A stretch of DNA of 64,000 nt from Alphaproteobacteria bacterium MarineAlpha12_Bin1 (lineage in GTDB: Bacteria; Pseudomonadota; Alphaproteobacteria; UBA6615), in the NCBI GenBank assembly GCA_002937505.1, contig PTJY01000004.1, forward strand, positions 125,186-189,185, read 5' to 3'. Below are positions 1-7,888 of this stretch, one piece after another. Under the pieces are notes generated by a model. The model saw only the letters and a list, made by a program, of their open reading frames with translations. It was not told the origin of the DNA and did no database searches. The position numbers and the translations under genes were made by a program. Each line of letters starts with the position of its first letter. Within the stretch, counting starts at the first letter, position 1.

Positions 1-37
1 AATAAATGTAAGATTACTGCTTTTGTAGTTATAGAAT

Positions 38-724
38 ATGCCATTTCTTCCACTATATGACTCAAATCCACGGATAAATATTAAGTTTCATTATGTAACA
101 ATTAGTTTACTTGCTATTAATCTATTTTTTTTTATAGAAACAATAAACTTAGTTCGGGTCGGGTTTGGGGAAACTTTAATTGGTTATACTCTTTTACCTG
201 CCAGATTGTTTGGGGGTTTGGATCTTCCATTAAATGCCCAGGGAAATGGTGTTTTGTTTTCCCTGATTAGTTATCAGTTTTTACATGGAGGTTGGCAGCA
301 TCTTCTTTTTAATATGCTTTTTCTATGGGTTTTTGGGGATAATATTGAAGATAAATTGGGCCACAGTAGATTTATCTTATACTACCTAGTTTGTGGCATA
401 GCTGGTGGGTTGCTTCATTCTCTAGTTAATCCTACATCATTGAATCCAACGATAGGAGCCAGTGGAGCTATCGCGGGAATTCTCGGCGGTTATCTCTTAC
501 TTTACCCTCGTGCTAGACTACTGGTCTTAGCTTTTGGTTTTATACCTGTAAGACTACCATCTCTGCTTGTTATAGGAGCTTTTTTTGCTCAAGATTTAAT
601 TTGGGGTATTACTGGAACAGATACAATTCAAGGAGTTGCTGTGTGGGCACACATTGGAGGTTTTATATGTGGAGGAATACTCATTTTTTTACTCACTAGG
701 AAATCTATAACCAAATTCAACTAA
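38..724 (+). CDS. Rhomboid family intramembrane serine protease
   Basis: Polytopic hydrophobic protein with GxSG catalytic-serine motif (GASGAIAGILGGY) and a downstream His in a TM segment (AHIGGFICG). ATG at 38. Confidence 0.75.
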   Translation: MPFLPLYDSNPRINIKFHYVTISLLAINLFFFIETINLVRVGFGETLIGYTLLPARLFGGLDLPLNAQGNGVLFSLISYQFLHGGWQHLLFNMLFLWVFGDNIEDKLGHSRFILYYLVCGIAGGLLHSLVNPTSLNPTIGASGAIAGILGGYLLLYPRARLLVLAFGFIPVRLPSLLVIGAFFAQDLIWGITGTDTIQGVAVWAHIGGFICGGILIFLLTRKSITKFN

Positions 725-787
725 GTTTGAAATTTACCGAGTTTGATTACTTCCAAATTTAATATCTTATTAAGATTTATTGTTGTG

Positions 788-1384
788 CTAGATACCATCA
801 ATGATGACTATATTTGAGCTAGAGGCATTAGTTCGAATTTCAAGAAGTGGAGCGTATGTATTTGACTTATAAAAATTATATACAGCATCTTTATTCGAAA
901 AACCTCCAATTACAATTCTATCAAGGTTATAATTTCCTTCAATAACCTCAGATTTTCCCCCTCTGGCCAGATATGTTCCTTTAAGCTCCTCGAAAACATC
1001 AGGGACTCTTTCAGCATATTTACTATAGAGCTCAATATCCTCCATAATTATATTTCCCAGAAGAAAGCCTTTCATGTTTTTTGAATCTGGATTTGATGTA
1101 ACGCCTTCAGTTAACCATACATCTGATGTGGTTGATTTGTGTCTAATTTCTGCTATGGGTTTATATTCAGGATCCGAAACGAAAGATAAGGCCTTTTGGT
1201 ATGTAGGAAATTCTACTACAGCTATACGATTTCCGGGCCAAGTACCTTCAACCACTTCATAAACTCCTCCTCTAACGATGTAATGCCCCCCATGTTTGGA
1301 GATTATAGAGGGGACTTCCTTAATGTAATCTTTATAAACATTAGGATCATGAACGGTCATTGCTGCCATTATATAAGCGGACAT
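788..1384 (-). CDS. Tandem DUF1330 domain protein
   Basis: 198 aa with two ~95-aa internally repeated halves resembling DUF1330 (dimeric alpha+beta barrel-like). GAGGAAA Shine-Dalgarno upstream of the ATG at 1384 (minus strand). Confidence 0.5.
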   Translation of the reverse strand: MSAYIMAAMTVHDPNVYKDYIKEVPSIISKHGGHYIVRGGVYEVVEGTWPGNRIAVVEFPTYQKALSFVSDPEYKPIAEIRHKSTTSDVWLTEGVTSNPDSKNMKGFLLGNIIMEDIELYSKYAERVPDVFEELKGTYLARGGKSEVIEGNYNLDRIVIGGFSNKDAVYNFYKSNTYAPLLEIRTNASSSNIVIIDGI

Positions 1385-1561
1385 TCTATTTCCTCATAAA
1401 CTAGTTTGGTTTAACCAAAAATTTCCTAAACGTTTCAAACTTTGATAAAATAATAAAATCTATTAAACTAAACAGCAATAATTTAAAGACATTGGATTGA
1501 CAGTTGAGCTCAGTCTAAGTAACAACAAAATTGCATACGTCGTGATAACCCACTCAGATGC

Positions 1562-1653
1562 GGAGGGGTGGCCGAGTGGCTGAAGGCGACGGTTTGCTAA
1601 ATCGTTATAGGGTTAACGCTCTATCGAGGGTTCGAATCCCTCTCCCTCCGCCA
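1562..1653 (+). tRNA. tRNA-Ser (anticodon GCU), class II tRNA with long variable arm, encoded CCA
   Basis: Cloverleaf readable directly: acceptor GGAGGGG/CCCTCC(G). Anticodon stem ACGGT/ATCGT, loop TTGCTAA with anticodon GCT. Long variable arm (TATAGGGTTAACGCTCTATC). T-arm GAGGG-TTCGAAT-CCCTC. 3' CCA encoded. Confidence 0.9.
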
Positions 1654-1670
1654 TACTTTCGATTTCGATT

Positions 1671-2222
1671 ATGCTAAAAAAGCTACTGTATATACCAATT
1701 ATCACTTTAGTTATCCTTAGTTCCTCTTCTTTTGGCCAACAACACCATTTTGAAGGTAAGGATTATAATCGTTCGTTGTTAGGCATGTCGAATTTTACTG
1801 ATCTTGATATGATCCTGTATGGTAAAGCTGTTGTTACAGATGGTGACTCATTACGAATCTCAGGTAGGAGAATAAGGTTACTAGGTATTGATGCGCCAGA
1901 GCTTAAACAAAAATGTATCAATAATATTGGTTTATTTTACCTTTGTGGACAGAAATCTAAAAATGTCCTGTTGAGGAAAATCTCAAGCAAAATCATTATC
2001 TGTCGATTTAAAAACACAGACAGATATGGGAGGGTCCTTTCGGTTTGTTGGGTTGATAAAATAAATATAAATTCATGGCTTGTCACAAATGGTTATGCAG
2101 TGGCTTACAGGCGCTATTCGAGCGCATTTATAAAAGATGAGATGAAAGCTCGTTCTACAAAAAAGGGTCTATGGTCGGGTGAGTTTGAAATGCCTGAAAG
2201 CTGGCGACAAAATAATCGATGA
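1671..2222 (+). CDS. Secreted thermonuclease (staphylococcal nuclease/SNase-like) family protein
   Basis: N-terminal signal peptide (LLYIPIITLVILSSSSFG). SNase core motifs (GDSLRISGRRIRLLGIDAPE, DRYGRVL). Confidence 0.7.
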   Translation: MLKKLLYIPIITLVILSSSSFGQQHHFEGKDYNRSLLGMSNFTDLDMILYGKAVVTDGDSLRISGRRIRLLGIDAPELKQKCINNIGLFYLCGQKSKNVLLRKISSKIIICRFKNTDRYGRVLSVCWVDKININSWLVTNGYAVAYRRYSSAFIKDEMKARSTKKGLWSGEFEMPESWRQNNR

Positions 2223-2283
2223 CGTAAGGTTGGCTGTCTGTATCATTTATACAACGTTGGTATATATAAATAGTATCGCGTAT

Positions 2284-2730
2284 CTAATTTAGTGGTTCAT
2301 ATTTCTCGATCCCGCCAAGACTTGATAAGTCTTCGGCTCTACCTCTTAGTTCTAGTGTGTTACGGTCGGGATCTCTCAAAAACACTGAAACATGGCCATC
2401 CTCACCAAAAGCGACGGGACCTTGAGTTATTTTAATGTCGTTTTTATTAAGTTTCTCTATAGCACTTTTAATAGAGTCCACTCTGAATGCTATATGTGTG
2501 AACCCCGGATATTTATATGTTTCGTCCATTAAAATATTGTTATTTTTGTTCGTGTTATTAGCGTTAAAAATTATATTAATTTCGACATTATTATTATTTT
2601 TCATAACTATGACGTTATCGTTATCAGCAGCCCGTTCCAGTTTGAAGCCGAATAAATTGTAAAATGCTATTGCGCGGTCTTTGTCTGCGACACGTATGCC
2701 TATATGGTCAATGCTGTTTATTTCTATCAT
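2284..2730 (-). CDS. VOC (glyoxalase/bleomycin-resistance/dioxygenase) family protein with Asn-rich insertion
   Basis: N-terminal IDHIGIRVADKDRAIAFY and a C-terminal beta-alpha-beta-beta-beta module typical of the glyoxalase I fold. Interrupted by an N/K-rich low-complexity insert. Confidence 0.65.
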   Translation of the reverse strand: MIEINSIDHIGIRVADKDRAIAFYNLFGFKLERAADNDNVIVMKNNNNVEINIIFNANNTNKNNNILMDETYKYPGFTHIAFRVDSIKSAIEKLNKNDIKITQGPVAFGEDGHVSVFLRDPDRNTLELRGRAEDLSSLGGIEKYEPLN

Positions 2731-2802
2731 ATGTTTGATTCCTGCTCCGTTTGTATGTTGAACTATAAATCAACTGATTGCCTTACTATGGACTATCTAA
2801 AG

Positions 2803-3642
2803 CTATTTCTGATTCAGATTTGCACTTGAGTGATTGTGTGGATTGGGTTCAATGTCGAGTTTAGCCACTATGCCTGATAGTTTTTCATTTGGGGTTGGAT
2901 AAATATCTAGAACAATAGGATCATGTCCTGGAATAATATGGTTGTCAGTTTCTGCATGCTCTCTGAGAGATTGATAGCCGCGAATCATATCATCTACATT
3001 AAAAATAATTGGAAACGGGTTTACCTGATCCATGTTTTCATAAAAGTGGCTCGTGTCTGAAGCGAGGACTACATAGCCTCTTTTTGTTAGGACTCTAACA
3101 AACTGTAGACCCATTGTATGTCCTCCAACATGATGAACAGTAATGCCAGGGGCAACTTGTCCAACTCCATCATAAAAAGTAACACGACCCTCGAATACAT
3201 TTTTGACCATGCTAGTTATATGCTCAACAGAAAATGGGTGTTTCATAACATCACTGCACATGTGTGGTCCTGTTGCAAATTGCATTTCACTCTCTTGAAT
3301 ATGGAATTTAGCTGTAGGAAATTCGGCATGGCCGCCTATGTGGTCGTAATGCAGATGTGTTACGATGACGTCCTTAACTTTCTTTGCATCAATCTGAATA
3401 AGTGATAATGATTCTGTGATGCTTCTTTGTATGTTACGACCCCGGGCTGATGCTTCTATTTCATCAAATCCTGTATCAATAACTATCTTTTGGTCTTCGC
3501 ATATGGCAACCCATATAAAATAGTCAAGTGGCATAGGTGTTGAGTCATGAGGGTCAGTATTTAAAAAGTTATCATTACGGATTCGATTTATGGAGGTCGC
3601 GTATTTAACTGCATAAAGTTCCCATGTTTTTGGATTAGTCAT
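2803..3642 (-). CDS. MBL-fold metallo-hydrolase (lactonase-like)
   Basis: HxHxDH zinc motif (THLHYDHIGG) plus downstream His/Asp ligands. AGGAGA RBS before the ATG at 3642. Confidence 0.75.
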   Translation of the reverse strand: MTNPKTWELYAVKYATSINRIRNDNFLNTDPHDSTPMPLDYFIWVAICEDQKIVIDTGFDEIEASARGRNIQRSITESLSLIQIDAKKVKDVIVTHLHYDHIGGHAEFPTAKFHIQESEMQFATGPHMCSDVMKHPFSVEHITSMVKNVFEGRVTFYDGVGQVAPGITVHHVGGHTMGLQFVRVLTKRGYVVLASDTSHFYENMDQVNPFPIIFNVDDMIRGYQSLREHAETDNHIIPGHDPIVLDIYPTPNEKLSGIVAKLDIEPNPHNHSSANLNQK

Positions 3643-3734
3643 GGATATCTCCTAATCGACTTGTAGTTGTATTCAATGCAAGTAAGTATAACTATATTTT
3701 ATTTGACCATGGGTTGAACATAGGGGCAATTGTT

Positions 3735-4604
3735 ATGACTGATTACGGTTTTATTGGATTAGGTAGTATGGGGTCTGCAATGAGCAGCCATTTGGTCAAT
3801 GCAGGCCTTACTCTTTATTGTTATGATTCAGCTGGAACTGCCAAGCTTGCTCCAAAAGGAGCAATTGTAAAATCTAGTATTGAGGAGGTAGCTAAACTCT
3901 CGGAAGTAATTTTTTTGAGTCTTCCTGATGGAAAAGTCGTTTTACAGGTGGCGCAAGAAATCCAGGATACGAAAGAGAGTAAAACGAAGATTGTCGTTGA
4001 TTTATCAACAACTGGCCCTGAATTCGCAATGTTGATTTCCTCATTGTTATCAAAATCCAATATAGTTTTTATTGATGCTCCTGTCAGTGGTGGAAGATCT
4101 GGTGCAGAAAACGCAAGTCTAGCCTTAATGTGCTCCGGTCCAGATAAAGAAATTAAAGATTTACGGAACTTATTCTCTCTTATTGCCTCTAATGTAATTC
4201 AAGTTGGTAAAGATCCTGGCCAGGCACAGGCAATGAAACTATTAAACAATTTCCTGTCAGCGACTTCTATGGCTGCCACTTCAGAGGCTGTATTATTTGG
4301 TAGATCTCATAATTTAGACCTGGATACTATGTTATCTGTCTTAAACGTCTCTAGTGGGAGAAATACTGCTACGGAAGACAAATTTCCTAATCGAATATTA
4401 ACAGAGACATATGATGCAGGATTTGCTGCGTCTCTTATGTCTAAAGACGTTAGCCTATTTAGAGAGCAAGTCGATAAAGCTGAGACGCCATCAAGAATTA
4501 TTGAGGTTATCTCTGCTCTTTGGAAAGAGACAAATGAATTTGCTCCAGGAGGTGATTTTACCGAAATATACCGTTACCTAAAAAAAACATCTAAGTCCCA
4601 GTAA
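3735..4604 (+). CDS. NAD(P)-dependent 3-hydroxyisobutyrate dehydrogenase family oxidoreductase
   Basis: Rossmann GxGxxG (IGLGSMGS) at the N-terminus and the 6-phosphogluconate-DH-like C-domain. Start placed at ATG 3735 with an AGGGG RBS 8 nt upstream. The ORF track starts at TTG 3714. Confidence 0.7.
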   Translation: MTDYGFIGLGSMGSAMSSHLVNAGLTLYCYDSAGTAKLAPKGAIVKSSIEEVAKLSEVIFLSLPDGKVVLQVAQEIQDTKESKTKIVVDLSTTGPEFAMLISSLLSKSNIVFIDAPVSGGRSGAENASLALMCSGPDKEIKDLRNLFSLIASNVIQVGKDPGQAQAMKLLNNFLSATSMAATSEAVLFGRSHNLDLDTMLSVLNVSSGRNTATEDKFPNRILTETYDAGFAASLMSKDVSLFREQVDKAETPSRIIEVISALWKETNEFAPGGDFTEIYRYLKKTSKSQ

Positions 4605-5379
4605 ATTGTGGTTTGCGCTTTTCTATAAAAGCAGTTCTCCCTTCTTGATAATCATTACTCGCGAAGCAGGCAGCAACTTGTTCTTCACATAGGGCAATAT
4701 CTCTGTCTGCTGGCGTTTTCAGGTTTTCTGTAACTGCTGTTTTGACTGCCCTTATTGTTAGAGGCGCATTACTGGAAATTCTGTCAGTGTACTCTTCGCA
4801 AAGGCTTGTTAAATTATCATTATCTACAATTCTATTAACTAGTCCCATTATCATAGCTTCATTGGCGTTAAATTGCCGAGCTGTGTAAAATATTTCCATT
4901 GCGAAAGATGGCCCAACGATTTGCATTAACCTTTCAATTCCAGTAGCGGGGTAACCTAACCCTAGTTTAGCTGCTGGAACAGCAAATCTAGAATCTTCTG
5001 AGGCTATCCGCAAATCACAGCACAAGGCAATTGCTAGGCCTCCTCCTATGCAATATCCCTTTATTTTTGCTATGGTAGGTATCGGAGTTTTTGAAAGTGT
5101 ATCCTGAAAGTTTTTTACAGCTAGGTTATACTCTTCTATGTTCTGTTTTGAATTCCTTTCTTCTCCAAACTTTGATATGTCTGCACCCGCAACAAAGGCC
5201 TTTTCTCCTGCACCTGTTAGTACAATGACTCTTGTGTCATTTGAATCTATACATTGTTTAATGGCCGAAGCTCCCGCACGCCACATTTCCAGTGACATAG
5301 CGTTATGACGCTTTGGATTATTAAATGTTATCTTACCTATGCCATCTTGGCGTTCTAAGATAATTTGTTCACTGTTCAT
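4591..5379 (-). CDS. Enoyl-CoA hydratase/isomerase (crotonase) family protein
   Basis: Crotonase fold signatures (VIVLTGAGEKAFVAGADI, oxyanion-hole GGG region IGGGLAIALCCDLRIA). Strong RBS AAGAGGAAAA. Confidence 0.8.
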   Translation of the reverse strand: MNSEQIILERQDGIGKITFNNPKRHNAMSLEMWRAGASAIKQCIDSNDTRVIVLTGAGEKAFVAGADISKFGEERNSKQNIEEYNLAVKNFQDTLSKTPIPTIAKIKGYCIGGGLAIALCCDLRIASEDSRFAVPAAKLGLGYPATGIERLMQIVGPSFAMEIFYTARQFNANEAMIMGLVNRIVDNDNLTSLCEEYTDRISSNAPLTIRAVKTAVTENLKTPADRDIALCEEQVAACFASNDYQEGRTAFIEKRKPQFTGT

Positions 5380-5399
5380 GTGTTTTTCCTCTTAATTAA

Positions 5400-6593
5400 C
5401 TAAACAATTTTTTTTGACTTTAAACTTTTTATTTCGTCCGCTTTGTAACCTAAATCCAATAGGACCTCTTCTGTATGCTCTCCTGCTTCCGGAGGAGCCA
5501 CTGTAAATGAAGAGGGGGTCCTCGTTAAATTAATGGGTTGCCTAACAAATTCACTACTTGTCGATGATTGGGTGCTTAAAGGGCGAGCTATTTCTAGAGC
5601 TTGAACCTGGGGATCAGAAAAAACTTCCTTAATATTATAAATAGCCCCACAAGGTACTCCAACTTCATTTAATTTTTTTATCCAGTCGTTCGTATTACCT
5701 TCTTTAGTAATTGTATTTATTTCATTATTTAATAAGTCACGATTCTCTGATCGAGCTTCACTATCGATATATTTTGGATTTTCTAGCCATCCGGTTCTTT
5801 CCATTACTTCACAAAACCTGTGCCATATTGCCCCACCTGCAACTGCTATATTTATATAACCATCAGATGTCTCAAACACTCCGGTAGGTATGCTAGTTGG
5901 GTGGTTATTGCCTGCTTGCCATGGAATTTCTTTGTCTACTAGCCATCTAGCAGATTGAAAATCCAGCATAAATATTTGTGCTTCTAATAGAGATGTATGG
6001 AGCCATTGACCTATTCCAGATGTTTGACGTTCAATCAAGGCCAGAAGGATGCCTTGTGCACAAAATATACCTGCAGTCAGGTCTGCTATAGGGATACCTG
6101 CTCTTACAGGGCCCTGTTCAGGTATACCAGTAATGGACATTAGCCCTCCCATTCCTTGAGCAATTTGATCAAATCCGGGTCTTTTAGCATAAGGGCCGAA
6201 CTGACCAAACCCTGATATACTGGCTAATATTATTTTTTGGTTTACCTTCTTAAGAGTCTCATAATCTATACCTAAACGATCTTTTACATCCGGTCTGTAG
6301 TTTTCTACTACTATGTCAGCTTTTTCAACTAATTGATGAAATATCCTAAGTCCTTCTTTTTCTTTTAGATTGAGGGTAAGTGATCTTTTGTTACGGTGAA
6401 GGTTTTGAAAATCTGAACCGCGTCTATTACTCGATAACCCTCCCTTAACATCTAGGGCTTCCGGAATTTCAACTTTTATTACGTTTGCCCCCCAATCGGC
6501 TAGTTGTCTAACACAAGTTGGACCGGATCTAACTCTTGTTAGATCAAGTACAGCTATATCTTTAAGGACTGTTGCGGCTGGTATATGTGGCAT
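5400..6593 (-). CDS. CaiB/BaiF family III CoA-transferase
   Basis: Family III CoA-transferase N-terminal motif (VLDLTRVRSGPTCVRQLADWGANVIKVE) and length ~400 aa. Confidence 0.8.
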   Translation of the reverse strand: MPHIPAATVLKDIAVLDLTRVRSGPTCVRQLADWGANVIKVEIPEALDVKGGLSSNRRGSDFQNLHRNKRSLTLNLKEKEGLRIFHQLVEKADIVVENYRPDVKDRLGIDYETLKKVNQKIILASISGFGQFGPYAKRPGFDQIAQGMGGLMSITGIPEQGPVRAGIPIADLTAGIFCAQGILLALIERQTSGIGQWLHTSLLEAQIFMLDFQSARWLVDKEIPWQAGNNHPTSIPTGVFETSDGYINIAVAGGAIWHRFCEVMERTGWLENPKYIDSEARSENRDLLNNEINTITKEGNTNDWIKKLNEVGVPCGAIYNIKEVFSDPQVQALEIARPLSTQSSTSSEFVRQPINLTRTPSSFTVAPPEAGEHTEEVLLDLGYKADEIKSLKSKKIV

Positions 6594-6682
6594 GTCAATA
6601 ATACTCTCTTTCTAATAATTTATATATTAGCCTAAAATGAGTGCTCTTTATAAATTTATTAATTATTTCTGGAGGAAAGAAA

Positions 6683-7006
6683 ATGGCATTTTATGAATTA
6701 CGTCAATATAAAGTATGGCCTGGTAAAATGGATGAGTGGGTAAGCTTTATGGAAAAAGAGATTATACCATTTCAAATATCTAAAGGCATGGTGATTACTG
6801 GTAGCTTTCGTGGCGAAGAAGATGATAGTACATATATTTGGCTTCGTAGATTTGAAGATGAGAAAAGTAGAGAAAAGCTTTATGCAGATGTTTATGAGAG
6901 TGATCACTGGAAAAATGAAATCGCTCATCGTATTCCAGAACTTTTAGATAGAGAAGGAATGATTGTTACAAGAATTGTGCCGACGCCGAAATCAACTTCC
7001 CAATAG
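6683..7006 (+). CDS. NIPSNAP family protein
   Basis: MAFYELRQYKVWPGK... matches the NIPSNAP N-terminal consensus. GGAGG RBS at 6671-6675 supports ATG 6683 rather than the upstream ATG at 6641. Confidence 0.5.
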   Translation: MAFYELRQYKVWPGKMDEWVSFMEKEIIPFQISKGMVITGSFRGEEDDSTYIWLRRFEDEKSREKLYADVYESDHWKNEIAHRIPELLDREGMIVTRIVPTPKSTSQ

Positions 7007-7062
7007 TCTGGGCTTATTTAACCGTTAATTTGGTTTTAACTATTGTCTTAGGGAGACTACTT

Positions 7063-7833
7063 ATGTCAGATACCGACTTGTCAAATAGGCCTGTGGCATT
7101 AGTTACTGGCGCTTCATATGGCTTAGGGGCTGAAATTGCTATTACTTTGGCTCGTGATGGATTTGATGTGGCAGTTACTGAGCTTAATGCGAATGACCTT
7201 GACCAAACTGTAGCTGAAATTGAAATGGAAGAAGGCGCGAAAGCTGCTGCATTTGATCTCGATTTAAGAGATATTGAAAATCTAAAAGAAACGGTAAAAG
7301 GTGCAATAGGTGCTATGGGCAAAATAGATGTCTTGGTCAATAATGCTGGATTGCTTATTGCCAAGCCTGCTCTTGAGGTCACTCTTGATGATTGGGATCA
7401 AGTAATGTCCATAAATGTTAAGGGTTGTTACTTTATGTCTCAGTACGTGGCAAGACACCTGATAGAGGAGGGAAGGTCTGGAAGTATAATAAACATAGCT
7501 TCAACTTTTACTGTTATAGGAACACCCAATGTATCCCCTTATGGGGTGTCAAAGGCAGCCGTTGGGGGAATCACAAGACATTTAGCTGTTGAGTGGGCTC
7601 AATATGGTATACGTGTAAACGCTGTTGCTCCAGGTACAGTTGAGACCAAATTAAGGGCAAAAATTTTAGCTGCCGATCCAGAGCGTAGGGCAACCAATAT
7701 GGCAAAAATTCCCATGGGGCGATTTGGTACTCCAGAGGACATGGCTGGTGCCGTTTCGTATTTAGCTAGTCCTGCTTCATCTTATGTCAACGGTCACGTG
7801 CTTACTGTTGATGGTGGGCTTACTATTTCATAA
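7063..7833 (+). CDS. SDR family NAD(P)-dependent oxidoreductase
   Basis: TGASYGLG cofactor motif, NNAG, catalytic S...YxxxK (YGVSK). GGGAG RBS before ATG 7063. Confidence 0.8.
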   Translation: MSDTDLSNRPVALVTGASYGLGAEIAITLARDGFDVAVTELNANDLDQTVAEIEMEEGAKAAAFDLDLRDIENLKETVKGAIGAMGKIDVLVNNAGLLIAKPALEVTLDDWDQVMSINVKGCYFMSQYVARHLIEEGRSGSIINIASTFTVIGTPNVSPYGVSKAAVGGITRHLAVEWAQYGIRVNAVAPGTVETKLRAKILAADPERRATNMAKIPMGRFGTPEDMAGAVSYLASPASSYVNGHVLTVDGGLTIS

Positions 7834-7888
7834 AACTTTTATGATTGTTATATGATATTATCAATGCTTCATGTCAGGGAGTAGAAAA

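Noticed and set aside
1074-1399. Plus-strand ORFs 1074-1262 and 1196-1399 overlapping the DUF1330 gene
   Set aside because: Entirely antisense to a motif-supported CDS. No RBS. Typical spurious ORFs in AT-rich DNA.
1385-1700. Integrase/mobile element next to tRNA-Ser
   Set aside because: No integrase/recombinase-like ORF in the six-frame track anywhere in the window. No repeat of the tRNA 3' end noticed.
6641-6682. Upstream ATG at 6641 as start of the NIPSNAP gene
   Set aside because: A GGAGG RBS lies inside that extension, directly in front of ATG 6683. The extension is hydrophobic junk not present in family members.
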